Under the pieces are notes generated by a model. It saw only the letters and a list, made by a program, of their open reading frames with translations, was not told where the DNA came from and did not search any database. This document shows, piece after piece, positions 39,199-49,410 of a stretch of DNA of 64,000 bases. Made by a program: the position numbers and the translations under genes. Numbering within the stretch: position 1 is the stretch's first letter; each line of letters begins with the position of its first letter. The DNA is from Candidatus Latescibacterota bacterium (lineage in GTDB: Bacteria > Latescibacterota > UBA2968 > UBA8231): NCBI GenBank assembly GCA_965248265.1, contig CBDFJF010000001.1, positions 2,048,001 to 2,112,000 on the forward strand. Direction: 5' to 3'.

Positions 39199-40254
39199 TC
39201 ACCCGATTCTCAGCCGCGTCCAGCGGATACCGCACACACCCTCTTCCTCGCACCAGTGGGTGGCCAGAAAGATCTCATCGTCTAGGGGCACGGCTGTCGG
39301 AAATCCAAAGCGGATGAGAGCGATCTGTTCCTGAGAGCTGATTTTGTCTGTCAGCTCGAGCTGGGAGTTGCCGTCGTACATGGTACCCTCGAATTCAACA
39401 TCCCAGCTGGCACCCGCCGCGCACACCAGACACATCTGCACACTTTGCTGTCCGAAACGCTTGTTGTAGAGAACCAGAAAACGATCCTCGCCCAGTCCGA
39501 TCGGCGTCATCGTCTGACCCTGGATGCCCGTGGAGTGCGGACCGTCCCATGACGAACCTCCATCCTCGGAGAAGCTGTAGCGGTTCTTGAGATCAGTATC
39601 AGCGTCGTAGTCCTGTACCCACGCCGTTGCCAGCAGGCGCCCCGGTTGGTACTCGATCACCTTCTGTTCCAGGTAGCCGATTTTCGCGTCCGCGTCCTCG
39701 AAGACCGTGTGCATGGTCGGCCAGGTCGCACCTTGATCCGCCGACTCGTGAAGGACCACCCGCTCACCGTAGCGTCCATTGTGGAAGGTAGCTGCCGGCG
39801 CCAACCAGCGTCCATCCTCCGTGACCACGATCGAATTTGAGATCTCATAGGGACCGGAGATCTGGAATGGAATGACCTGCGGTGCGCCCCAGCTGCGGCC
39901 GCCGTCGGTGGAACGACACAGCACCGGCTCGGATTCATGACGCACGGTTTCTCCGCTGGACCGCTCCCTATGGTCCCGCTGTCCATAGGCGAGGATGGTT
40001 CCCTCCGCGGTGCGACTGAGCCGCAGGCTGTTGGTGACCAGCGGCTCCTCCGTCGGCTCCAGGATCGCTCCCTGGTAAGACCATGTACGGCCGTCGTCGC
40101 CAGATCGAGCGCAGTGAGTGCCACCCGATACGTGAGCCCCACCTCCCATGCTGAAACCACAGACGAGATCGCCGTCATCGAGCCGGACCGTGGTCGGAAA
40201 AGCCGAATCGCTGCGGTCGATATGACCGCTGTCGACTACTTCGATGCTAGGCAT
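39199..40254 (-). CDS. Sialidase/BNR Asp-box beta-propeller protein
   Basis: AFP motif; Asp boxes SGDDGRTW, STDGGRSW, SADQGATW, SEDGGSSW. Confidence 0.85.
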   Translation of the reverse strand: MPSIEVVDSGHIDRSDSAFPTTVRLDDGDLVCGFSMGGGAHVSGGTHCARSGDDGRTWSYQGAILEPTEEPLVTNSLRLSRTAEGTILAYGQRDHRERSSGETVRHESEPVLCRSTDGGRSWGAPQVIPFQISGPYEISNSIVVTEDGRWLAPAATFHNGRYGERVVLHESADQGATWPTMHTVFEDADAKIGYLEQKVIEYQPGRLLATAWVQDYDADTDLKNRYSFSEDGGSSWDGPHSTGIQGQTMTPIGLGEDRFLVLYNKRFGQQSVQMCLVCAAGASWDVEFEGTMYDGNSQLELTDKISSQEQIALIRFGFPTAVPLDDEIFLATHWCEEEGVCGIRWTRLRIG

Positions 40255-40504
40255 TGAGTAATCCTTCTCTCTTGTTTGTATAAGGTCGATCGTCTGTTGA
40301 GCAACAAATGCGTGGTGTATGTTTTGCCCGATAATGGTTGAGAACAATAACGAAGAGCTGCAGCGATCGACAATAGATGACCCATCTCCCGCTCACATTC
40401 CGATTGGCTCGATCTCAAGGTGGACTGGCCCCTTGGGATGCAGGATGTTTATCGCCTTCGTACCGGTTTCCATAACCTCCATTTCACCGCAAACAGCTGA
40501 CACC

Positions 40505-42424
40505 TTGAACTCCACCATCCCCAAGATTGGCCTGCTCACAGGCAGTATCCTGGTAGCCCTGGTCATCGGCGAAACGGCCTTGCGCCTGATAGGGAATGTG
40601 ACGGCTCCCGAGGTTCACGAGGAGGACGCGAAGGCCTTACCGGGTTTAGCGCGCGAGGATGAGCTCACCGAATGGTACCCACGGGAGGGCGTGACCCACC
40701 AGCGAACCGCCCCCGATGGCCGGCCCTTTCAGTTACGCATCAACTCCACTGGCCAGCGAGGGAACGAAGTCGGCGAGCGTGCGCCGGGAGAGCTTCGGGC
40801 ACTCTTTCTCGGCGACTCCTTTACCATGGCGCACTCACTCCCCGAAGAGGACACCTTCGTGGGCCGCGCTGGTACCCTTCTCGGGCAGGAATTGCCGTTC
40901 CCGACCATGTGCATCAATGGCGGCGTAAACGGTTACAGCACGTATCAGGAGTTGGCTTACTACCGATACTTCGGCCGCAAGTTGGAACCCGACGTCGTCG
41001 TCCTCTGCTTCTTCCTCGGAAACGATTTCCGCGACAACATGGTCGGCACCCGGCAGGCACGCTCCGTTAACCCGGTGATACTACCGACCTTCGAGCGTTT
41101 TGTGATGCGTCACCAGGAACCCTTTCTGCGACGGGGTGACGCAGCCCTGCGCGATCCGATCTCGGGAGATCTTGTTCTGCGTCCTGAATCAAAGTTCTTA
41201 GAAGTGGTCGAGCGCAACTCGTTTCTTGCTCGGTTGCTCGGTTCGCGCTACGCCAGCATTGTCGGCAAGTGGACCGGTGACATCGCGCTGCTGGATCGGC
41301 ATTCGCGCTACTACTTCTACGAAATCGGCCTGTTTCAACAACGCTTCGACGGATTGTTTCAGACAGCAATTGAGTTGACCCAGGAGGCAGTTCGACAGCT
41401 CCATCTATCTGTCGCCGAGGATGGCGCTGAACTCTTCGTGGTACTGCTGCCCTCACAGCACCAGGTTGATGAAGATCGCTGGCAGCGCACTTTGGCGGAA
41501 CTGGGCGTGACGGAAGATGATCTCGGGAGTCTCGACAAGCGCCATCCGAATCGCTTGATCACCGAGTTTTGCACTGCTCGCGGCATCCCCGTGCTCGATC
41601 TCCACGAACGCTTCGCCACGGCTCCAGACCCGTCAACGCTTTACACAGCCGCGATCGATGACCGGCATTTCTCCGCCGCCGGACAGGTATTGACCGCCGA
41701 GGTGATGGCGAGTTTTCTGGCACCGAGGCTGAGCGGACCTTTTTATAAAGCCACTCAGTCATTTCGATCGGGGCGACAATCAATGGACCGGAAACGTGTG
41801 GCCGCCGCCGAGCGTAGTCTGATCGAGGCATCGCGATTGCGACCACGGTGGAGCGCTCCCCACGTTGCCCTTGGCGAGCTGTACCATCAATCTGGTGCCT
41901 TGGAGAAAGCAGCCCAGCACTTCAATCAGGCCATCGCCCGCAATCCCGAGTCCTGGCGAGCCCGTGAGGGTTTCGCTGAGGTCTGTGTGGCAGGAGGCGA
42001 TCTGGAGACGGCTCTCCAGGCCTATCTCCAGGCCCTGAAGCTGCGTCCGGCGTGGTGGCCATATCGTCAGAGACTGCAGCAGATTCATCTTCTGCGCGGC
42101 GAGACGGTCGCTGCCGCACAACACCAACGCGCCGTTGAGAGTGCCGTCGCGGCATCCGCGCGTGTGAGACGGTTCTGGTGGTCGGAGCATTACGCCGCCG
42201 CCGCGAGGTTCGTCACTCGGAGCAAATGGCCCGAAGCGGAGCGCGAGTTCATTCGCGCCACCGTGTTTCTACCTGAGGACCCGGTATCGTACTTCAACTT
42301 GGCCAGCCTCTACGAACACTTGTCCAGACCAGACGAAGCAGTAGCCACCTACCAGAAAGCCCTTGAAGTGGCACCGGATTTTACGCCCGCGAGAGAGCGG
42401 CTACGCAGTTTGCGCGCGGAGTAA
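40505..42424 (+). CDS. Membrane-anchored SGNH/GDSL hydrolase-like protein with C-terminal TPR repeats
   Basis: N-terminal TM, LGDSFT, GVNGYSTYQE, GND, DRHF; TPR helices in the last third. Confidence 0.82.
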   Translation: MNSTIPKIGLLTGSILVALVIGETALRLIGNVTAPEVHEEDAKALPGLAREDELTEWYPREGVTHQRTAPDGRPFQLRINSTGQRGNEVGERAPGELRALFLGDSFTMAHSLPEEDTFVGRAGTLLGQELPFPTMCINGGVNGYSTYQELAYYRYFGRKLEPDVVVLCFFLGNDFRDNMVGTRQARSVNPVILPTFERFVMRHQEPFLRRGDAALRDPISGDLVLRPESKFLEVVERNSFLARLLGSRYASIVGKWTGDIALLDRHSRYYFYEIGLFQQRFDGLFQTAIELTQEAVRQLHLSVAEDGAELFVVLLPSQHQVDEDRWQRTLAELGVTEDDLGSLDKRHPNRLITEFCTARGIPVLDLHERFATAPDPSTLYTAAIDDRHFSAAGQVLTAEVMASFLAPRLSGPFYKATQSFRSGRQSMDRKRVAAAERSLIEASRLRPRWSAPHVALGELYHQSGALEKAAQHFNQAIARNPESWRAREGFAEVCVAGGDLETALQAYLQALKLRPAWWPYRQRLQQIHLLRGETVAAAQHQRAVESAVAASARVRRFWWSEHYAAAARFVTRSKWPEAEREFIRATVFLPEDPVSYFNLASLYEHLSRPDEAVATYQKALEVAPDFTPARERLRSLRAE

Positions 42425-42523
42425 CGCTTGGTTTTTTGCCCGGGAGAGAGGATTGGCGTTGCTTTCAATCCACCGAGTCTCAATGACTGGATCAAACTGC
42501 CGATCGCATGACAGGAGCCGAAC

Positions 42524-43088
42524 ATGACCGTCGCTAACACGTTCGAGGAGGGACCAGAAGGCTGGTGTTCTTACGACTACCACGCCAGCATGGTCGCCAA
42601 CACAAACTACTTCGTGCTGACCACCTGGGATGAGCGCGGTGGCGCCGAAAACTCAGGCTGTGTATGGGCGGATCATACCCGTTGGAGCACCGACGCCCCG
42701 GAACGACCGATATCCATTCTGCCGTTGATCCTCTACCGCAATTGGGTAGGGAAACCGTCGATCGATCTTCGCGGTGCTGAGCTTGAGCGATGACCTGAAA
42801 CTGGCCGGCGCCGAGTGCTACTTCTGGGCTCATACCTCGGGCACCCGCTGGCATTGCGGCGGCAGACCAGTGGAGATAACCGACGCCCGCTGGGGAGAAC
42901 CTTCAATCCTGTTGTTGGAGAGCGACGAGTCTGTATGGTACAAGAGCTGGATAAGGGATCCGAAAATTGAGGCGAGCCTGGATGAGGTGCTCGGCAGCAC
43001 TACGAGTTACGGGTTTTCCTTCGTCGGCTTTTCCCAGGAAGTCACCGGCAAGTTGTCCATGAGCAGCTTTGAGATCCGCACTGCCTGA
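42524..43088 (+). pseudogene. Hypothetical protein split by a frameshift
   Basis: ORFs 42524-42793 and 42774-43088 overlap in different frames (…IDLRGAEL / DDLKLAGAECYFW…); RBS AGGAG only at the first. Confidence 0.55.
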
Positions 43089-43127
43089 CAGCGATCCGCT
43101 TTAGCGATCCCGCTTTGGCTATCCCCC

Positions 43128-43980
43128 TCACCTCTCCCAGCGATCCGGATCGATGGCGGGTGCCGCCGTCTTCATGCCCTTGGGTTTGTGCGCCTGTTCC
43201 CACTCCAGTCCCGTCGTGTTCAGGCTCGGGTGCCGCGGCGACGAGTTCGGGATCCCATTCCTCCATCGGTTGGATCGGGCCGGCCCAGGCCGGCCTGTAG
43301 CCGAGCTGAACCAGCGTACGCGACGAGGCCGCTTTGTTGGGATGCGTACCGTGGAACATGTTGATGGGTATGATCACGGCCGTTCCCGCCTTCGGACACA
43401 GCGTGATCTCGCCGGGGTGCCAGTGGTAGCGCACATAAGGGTTGGCCTGAGCGTGAAAGGACAGGTGCGAGCGCGGCACCAGGCGAAAAGGTGCTCGTTC
43501 CGGAACCAGGTCGTCCAGATAGTAGAGGATCCGTAGCAGCCGCGGCGAGCTGCCCTCGTAGCCGAATATGGACGAACCGAACGGTTGACCGTCCGTGTGC
43601 AGGGAGATCGGTGGTGAGCCGGCCAGGGTGCGCGTGAGCAAGCCGTGTGTGAACACGATGTCATCACCGAATAGAACCTTGAGAAAATCGGTGACCTTTG
43701 GATTCCCGATCAATTCAGCCACTTCCTTGCTGTACCACTGCGGCTCCATGTGGTAGGTCTGCGCCTCGCTGTAATCCTTCGTCTGCATCGGCGCGTCGGC
43801 CATCTGCGCCTTGATCCGATCAATCTGTTCAGCGCCGATTACCCCCGGAAGCACGACGTAGCCTTCGACTTCGAGGTGACGAATCTGCTGCCCCAACGAG
43901 AAACAGCTGAAATCCGTCCCATCGATGTTCATGAAATCGATCTCTCCATCCGTTTCTCTATCGATCGTGTTTTCAGTCAT
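43128..43980 (-). pseudogene. Phytanoyl-CoA dioxygenase (PhyH)-family protein with a frameshifted C-terminus
   Basis: HTD and distal HG iron ligands; at about 43225 an alternative frame reads SLNTTGLEWEQAHKPKGMKTAAPAIDPDRWER*, avoiding overlap with the convergent gene. Confidence 0.65.
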
Positions 43981-43998
43981 TCCACAGTACCCCCGTCA

Positions 43999-44130
43999 TT
44001 ACAGAACCGACCGATCCGTCCGCCATGATGACGACGGGCCGCGCCCACGCTGAGGATGGATAGGCTCCCGTCGTCCTCGTTGAGCTCAATGCCCAAACCC
44101 GATTTTGGTCGGCAGCTCAATATACCTCTT
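43999..44130 (-). pseudogene. Remnant of a mandelate racemase/galactonate dehydratase-family C-terminus
   Basis: Three frames give YIELPTK / SGLGIELNED / AYPSSAWARPVVIMADGSVG. Confidence 0.55.
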
Positions 44131-44299
44131 GTTGCCCGAACCCTGAGTCACCGTTATGCTGCCGATGTCGGAGACGAGATCGCTGACGCTGACAGGGTCG
44201 TATTCAGTTGATCTGGCTGTAAGGGACCCCGATTATGCGATTTATTGCAGGAGCGTTCAACTTTCTACACTACACCAGTCCCTTTCCCATCGATTGATC

Positions 44300-45487
44300 A
44301 TGCCTGCTAGTGCATCTTCTCACTCCCCCAACACACATGTTGCCCGTTTCGGTTACGCGGCCATTGCCATCCTGGCCATCGGCCTGGTGGAACTAGCAAC
44401 ATACACTGTTTCAACGATGTTCCTCCTGGAAAGAACCCCCTTCCTCCTCTACGTCCCACCGCACATCGACCACGAACAATGGCAACACTACATACTCGAG
44501 CGTGACCCGGTGCTCGGTTGGCCTTCGAAGGGTGCGCTGGCCTCGGCAGACCATGACCGCTCAGGCTCTCGGCCCGTTCCCGCCTACCCCATACCTGGCG
44601 ACGAATGTGTGACCCTGTACGGCGACTCCTATACCTACGGATCCGAAGTGTCGGACGCGGAAGCCTGGGGCAACGTTCTGGCTCATCTACTTGACTGCCG
44701 CGTAGGAAATTTCGGCGTTGGCGGTTATGGGACTGACCAGTCGCTTCTGCGCTTTATTGGCAACAGCGCCGACACGGCACCCGTATCCATACTGGGGCTG
44801 TTTCCGGTGAACATGATGCGCAACGTCAACCAGTACCGCCATCTGCGCACCGGAGATTCCCCACTCGGCTTCAAACCGCGCTTCGTGGTCGAGGGCGATT
44901 CCCTGCGCTTGATTCCGAAGCCGAATCCAACCTTCGGCGAACTCCTACACCTCCGAGACGATCTCAGCCGACTGCTGCCCCACGAGGCCTTCGAGCCGGG
45001 GACCGCGGTCGGTCCCGTACCGTTCCAGTTTCCCTTCACGTTGACGGTGGCTAAGCTGGTTCTTCACGGCCAGGTAAGGAGTTGGCTGCTCGACAGACCC
45101 AGCTGGATCGATTTTCTCAACAGCGATCATCCGTCTCAGGCGCGACAGGTGACAACGGAGATTTGTCGTCGGTTCGTGGAGGAATGTCGTGCTCGGAACA
45201 AGGAATGCTTCGTGCTGTTGCTGCCCACACCCAACTCCTACGATTACTACAGGGCGACAGGAAGGCCGGTCATGGAGCCGGTGATGGAAGAATTCAGGAA
45301 GTGGGGCATTCCCCATCTCAACCTTACAGCACTGTTTGCCCAGGAATTGGGACGGCGTCCCTTTGCCGAAATCCTGACGAACAATCCCCAGCCCGGCATG
45401 GGACACTTCAACGCCGAGGGTAACGGCATGGTCGCACGATTCGTGTTTGAGCATCTGGTCAACCTCGACCAGCGGATAGGTGGTTGA
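44300..45487 (+). CDS. Membrane-anchored SGNH hydrolase-like protein
   Basis: N-terminal TM, DPVLGW, YGDSYTYG, NFGVGGYGTDQ, GHFN.EGN. Confidence 0.8.
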   Translation: MPASASSHSPNTHVARFGYAAIAILAIGLVELATYTVSTMFLLERTPFLLYVPPHIDHEQWQHYILERDPVLGWPSKGALASADHDRSGSRPVPAYPIPGDECVTLYGDSYTYGSEVSDAEAWGNVLAHLLDCRVGNFGVGGYGTDQSLLRFIGNSADTAPVSILGLFPVNMMRNVNQYRHLRTGDSPLGFKPRFVVEGDSLRLIPKPNPTFGELLHLRDDLSRLLPHEAFEPGTAVGPVPFQFPFTLTVAKLVLHGQVRSWLLDRPSWIDFLNSDHPSQARQVTTEICRRFVEECRARNKECFVLLLPTPNSYDYYRATGRPVMEPVMEEFRKWGIPHLNLTALFAQELGRRPFAEILTNNPQPGMGHFNAEGNGMVARFVFEHLVNLDQRIGG

Positions 45488-45491
45488 TTTG

Positions 45492-47627
45492 ATGAAAGAA
45501 CACCTGCGCGCTATTGCCGCGGAACTGACGCTGAAAGCTGATCAAGTCCGCAACGCGGCCGAACTGCTTGCCGGCGGCGCCACAGTGCCGTTCATCGCCC
45601 GCTACCGCAAGGAAGCGACGGGCAGTTTGGATGAGATCGCCGTTACCGCCATCCAGGATCGGCTCGAGCAACTGGAGCAACTAGACAAGCGCCGCACGGC
45701 CGTACTGAAATCACTCGAAGAGCACGGCCACCTGACTCAGGATCTGGAAGTTACTGTCCGAGATGCCGCTACGCTGTCTGAGTTGGAGGATATCTATCTG
45801 CCGTATCGCCCAAAGCGACGTACCCGGGCCACCATCGCCAGGGGAAAAGGCCTGGAGCCCCTGGCGGAGATCCTTTGGGCGCAAAAGGGGGCCGATCCGA
45901 GCACTAAAGCGGCCGCTTTTGTCGATGTCGCCAAGGGGGTCGATACGGTCGACGCAGCGCTTGCCGGCGCCAGAGACATCATCGCCGAGCGCATCAATGA
46001 GGATCAATCCGTGCGCCGGCGCTTGCGAACTTTTTTCAGCGAGCGCTCTACCATCCGCTCCAAGCTCGTACCGGGTATGGAGGAGAAGGGACAGAAGTTC
46101 AGGGACTACTTCGACTGGGAGGAGCCGCTGGCCAGGGCCCCGTCCCACCGGGTCCTGGCGTTACGGCGTGGCGAGAGCGAGGGCGTCCTCAACCTTCGTA
46201 TCGAGCCCCCGGAAACCGAGGGCTTGGCCGTGCTCGAATCCCGCGTCGTCCGTGGGAGTGGCCCCGACCGGGATCAGGTACGTGAGGCCGCCCGAGACAG
46301 CTACCGCCGTTTGCTGAGCTCGTCACTGGAGACCGAGATGCGTCTGCAATCCAAGCAGGCTGCTGACGAAGAAGCCATCCGTGTCTTCTCCGAGAATGTC
46401 CGCGAGCTGTTGCTGGCAGCGCCTCTCGGGCGAAAGCGAGTCATGGCCATCGATCCCGGGTTCCGCACCGGATGCAAGCTCGTCTGCTTGGATCCACAGG
46501 GTAAGCTGCTCTTTGCGGATACTATCTACCCCGGACAGGGTGAGAGAAAGAACGCGGAGGCGGAGCGCAAACTCGCCGACTTGGTCGGCCGATATGAGAT
46601 CGAGGCGGTCGCCATCGGCAATGGCACTGGAGGGCGCGAGCTCGAAGCCGTCGTGCGCTCCGTTGTTGGCGAGCAGATTGACGTCGTCGTGGTCAACGAA
46701 AGCGGCGCCTCCGTCTACTCCGCCTCGCCAATCGCCAGGGAGGAGTTCCCCGACCACGACCTGACCGTGCGCGGCGCCGTGTCTATCGGCCGTCGACTGA
46801 TGGACCCGTTGGCCGAGCTGGTCAAGATCGATCCGAAGTCAATCGGCGTCGGGCAGTACCAGCATGATGTCGACCAGGCGGCCCTCAAAAGCAGGCTCGA
46901 CGGCGTCGTCACCAGCTGCGTCAATGCCGTGGGAGTGGAACTCAACACGGCCAGCAAACAACTTCTCACCTACGTTTCCGGGCTGGGTCCACAGCTGGCA
47001 CAGAGCATCGTCGACTACCGCGACGAAAACGGTCCCCTCACTTCGCGGCGGCAACTCAAGAAGGTTCCGCGCTTGGGCCCGAAGGCCTTCGAGCAATGTG
47101 CCGGATTTCTGCGCATCCGCGATGCCGTCAATCCACTCGACCGCAGCGGCGTGCACCCTGAGAGCTATGCCGTCGTCGACCAGCTCGCCACCGCGCTCTC
47201 GAGTGACGTCCAGAAACTGATGCGTGACCACGGCAAGTTGGACACCCTCGATCTGCGACAGTTCGTCACCGACCAAATCGGACTCCCGACGCTTACTGAC
47301 ATTCGCGACGAACTCGTGAAACCCGGTCGTGATCCACGCCCGCAGTTCGAAGCCTTTAGTTTCGCCGCGGGCATCGACAAGATCGACGACCTGAAACCGG
47401 GGATGAAACTTCCCGGCATCATCACCAACGTCACCAACTTCGGAGCCTTCGTCGACATCGGAGTCCACCAGGATGGACTCGTCCACATCAGCCAGCTTGC
47501 CGACGGATTCGTCCGCGACCCCAACCACGTGGTCAAGGTCCAGCAACAGGTTACCGTCAGTGTGATGGAGATCGACCTGCCACGCAACCGCATCTCGTTG
47601 TCGCTTCGACAGACCCAGGATGAGTGA
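45492..47627 (+). CDS. tex: Tex family RNA-binding transcriptional accessory protein
   Basis: TVPFIARYRKEATG, IDPGFRTGCK, DPLAELVKIDPKSIGVGQYQHDV, C-terminal S1 domain. Confidence 0.96.
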   Translation: MKEHLRAIAAELTLKADQVRNAAELLAGGATVPFIARYRKEATGSLDEIAVTAIQDRLEQLEQLDKRRTAVLKSLEEHGHLTQDLEVTVRDAATLSELEDIYLPYRPKRRTRATIARGKGLEPLAEILWAQKGADPSTKAAAFVDVAKGVDTVDAALAGARDIIAERINEDQSVRRRLRTFFSERSTIRSKLVPGMEEKGQKFRDYFDWEEPLARAPSHRVLALRRGESEGVLNLRIEPPETEGLAVLESRVVRGSGPDRDQVREAARDSYRRLLSSSLETEMRLQSKQAADEEAIRVFSENVRELLLAAPLGRKRVMAIDPGFRTGCKLVCLDPQGKLLFADTIYPGQGERKNAEAERKLADLVGRYEIEAVAIGNGTGGRELEAVVRSVVGEQIDVVVVNESGASVYSASPIAREEFPDHDLTVRGAVSIGRRLMDPLAELVKIDPKSIGVGQYQHDVDQAALKSRLDGVVTSCVNAVGVELNTASKQLLTYVSGLGPQLAQSIVDYRDENGPLTSRRQLKKVPRLGPKAFEQCAGFLRIRDAVNPLDRSGVHPESYAVVDQLATALSSDVQKLMRDHGKLDTLDLRQFVTDQIGLPTLTDIRDELVKPGRDPRPQFEAFSFAAGIDKIDDLKPGMKLPGIITNVTNFGAFVDIGVHQDGLVHISQLADGFVRDPNHVVKVQQQVTVSVMEIDLPRNRISLSLRQTQDE

Positions 47628-47672
47628 GAAGGGAAGCTTGCTCCGGCAGGAATAGACCTTCATCTTCTCGAT

Positions 47673-49241
47673 GTGAACGACGACAGCCCAAAGCACGAGT
47701 GCGGCCTGGCCGCCCTGTACTGGCTCAACGAGCCGTACAACGGCGGCGCTCAGGATAGTGAGCACGACGAAAACGTAGCTCCCTTGATGTCGCAGATGTT
47801 GTTGGATCTGCAGAATCGTGGCCAACTGGCAACCGGTTTTACCTCCTATCAACCCGACCGCACGACGATCCTCAAGACCTACAAGGATGTCGGTACCGTA
47901 TCGGAGGCGATGCGGCTCTCCCATACCGGCAAGCACGATTCCATCTTGAGCGACCACGCCGGTCACGCGGCCATCGGACATACCCGCTACGCGACCAGCG
48001 GGGAGGAAGACGACGTTCTGTACGCCCAACCCTTCGAACGCCCCCACGGCCGTCTGTGGAAATGGTTCTCATTGGCGTTCAACGGCAACCTCGCCAACTA
48101 TTCGCAGCTGCGGGAACGATTGCTGTCGAAGCGCGGGTATCACTTCACCCTGAACACGGACACTGAGATCATCATGCACACCCTCGCCTACCGCCTGCGA
48201 GGGCAGCGTCGTCCGGATTTGGTCAAGGTGATGGCCGGATTGAACCGGGATTTCGACGGCGCCTTCAACATCGCTTTCGTCGACGCCATGGGACGCATGT
48301 TCCTTTCGCGTGATCCGCGTGGTTTCCGGCCACTGTGCTGGGCGGTGCGCGGACAGCTCTTCGCCGCGGCCAACGAGTCGGTGGCGTTGAGGAACCTCGG
48401 ATTTGACGAAATCAATCACCTCGAGCCCGGACAGATGGCCATCGTCGAAGACGGCCGCCTGCGACTCGAGCGCTTCGCCAAGAAAGAGGAAAAATCCAGG
48501 TGCTTTTTCGAGTGGGTTTACTTCTCGAACGTGGCCAGTGAGATCGACGGCAAGGGGGTCTATCATTCACGCGCGCGTGCTGGTCGCCTTCTCGCCGAGA
48601 TGGAGGATCAGCCAGTGGACGATTCCTGCATCGTCGTCCCCGTGCCGGATACCGCGAAGGCCGCTGCCGACGCCTACGCCTTCAACATGCGCATGCCCTG
48701 CATGGAGGGGGTGATCCGCAACCGCTATGTCGGCCGCACCTTCATTCAGCCGTCCAGCACGAGGGAGAGGAGCGCCCAGAGGAAATACACGACGGTGCGC
48801 TCGTTGTTGAACGGTCAACGGGTCTTCCTCCTGGAGGACTCGATCGTGCGATCGTTGACGCTGAAAACGCTGGTGAAGCAGGTGCGCGACGACGGCGCCA
48901 GTGAGGTTCACGTTCGCGTCGCCTGTCCCCCGATCGTCGGACCATGTTTCTACGGCATCGACATGTCGACGCTGGATGAGCTGTTCGGCACCCGATATGC
49001 GCCAGCTCGCTACAAAGGCGAACCCTCGGCAGAAATGTTGAAGAAAATGGCCCGCGCCCTCGATATCGACAGCCTCAAGTTCTTGCCGGTCTCTTCCCTG
49101 GGACAGGCCATCGACGTCGAACGCGACAGTTTGTGCATGGGATGCGTGACCTCGAAGTACCCGACCCCGTGGGGGAACAAGCTGATCCGCCGGGCCAAGC
49201 AGAATCGCAAGGATGGGGTCAAGGGTCGCACCTATGCATGA
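47673..49241 (+). CDS. purF: Amidophosphoribosyltransferase
   Basis: Propeptide then ECG, QNRGQ, IGHTRYAT, NGNL, CFFEWVYF, NRYVGRTFI, EDSIVR, CFYGIDM, CMGC. Confidence 0.93.
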   Translation: MNDDSPKHECGLAALYWLNEPYNGGAQDSEHDENVAPLMSQMLLDLQNRGQLATGFTSYQPDRTTILKTYKDVGTVSEAMRLSHTGKHDSILSDHAGHAAIGHTRYATSGEEDDVLYAQPFERPHGRLWKWFSLAFNGNLANYSQLRERLLSKRGYHFTLNTDTEIIMHTLAYRLRGQRRPDLVKVMAGLNRDFDGAFNIAFVDAMGRMFLSRDPRGFRPLCWAVRGQLFAAANESVALRNLGFDEINHLEPGQMAIVEDGRLRLERFAKKEEKSRCFFEWVYFSNVASEIDGKGVYHSRARAGRLLAEMEDQPVDDSCIVVPVPDTAKAAADAYAFNMRMPCMEGVIRNRYVGRTFIQPSSTRERSAQRKYTTVRSLLNGQRVFLLEDSIVRSLTLKTLVKQVRDDGASEVHVRVACPPIVGPCFYGIDMSTLDELFGTRYAPARYKGEPSAEMLKKMARALDIDSLKFLPVSSLGQAIDVERDSLCMGCVTSKYPTPWGNKLIRRAKQNRKDGVKGRTYA

Positions 49242-49410
49242 CCCGAAGCAGCAATCAGGGCAGTCGGTCTCCGACCCTGACGACACCAACCCTGTGTGCG
49301 ATCTCGGTGAAAGCGACCATCGGTGTCCGCGCTGCGGCGACGACTTCATCAGCTGGGCCTGCGAGCTGGTGTGCTGGAACTGCGGCCTCAAATTCACCTG
49401 CGATGAGTGA
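49234..49410 (+). CDS. Small zinc-ribbon protein (58 aa)
   Basis: CPRCG...C...CWNCG...C; overlaps both the purF stop and the next start. Confidence 0.6.
   Translation: MHDPKQQSGQSVSDPDDTNPVCDLGESDHRCPRCGDDFISWACELVCWNCGLKFTCDE

Noticed and set aside
40393-40473. 26-aa minus-strand ORF METGTKAINILHPKGPVHLEIEPIGM with a GGAGG RBS
   Set aside because: No recognisable motif; could be a gene stub but cannot be supported
42785-42793. TGA as a selenocysteine codon
   Set aside because: The continuation is in a different frame, so this is a frameshift rather than readthrough
46839-48047. Long antisense ORFs (also 56798-58036, 52557-53717, 14126-15091, 20166-21191)
   Set aside because: Shadow ORFs opposite well-supported genes, expected in GC-rich DNA
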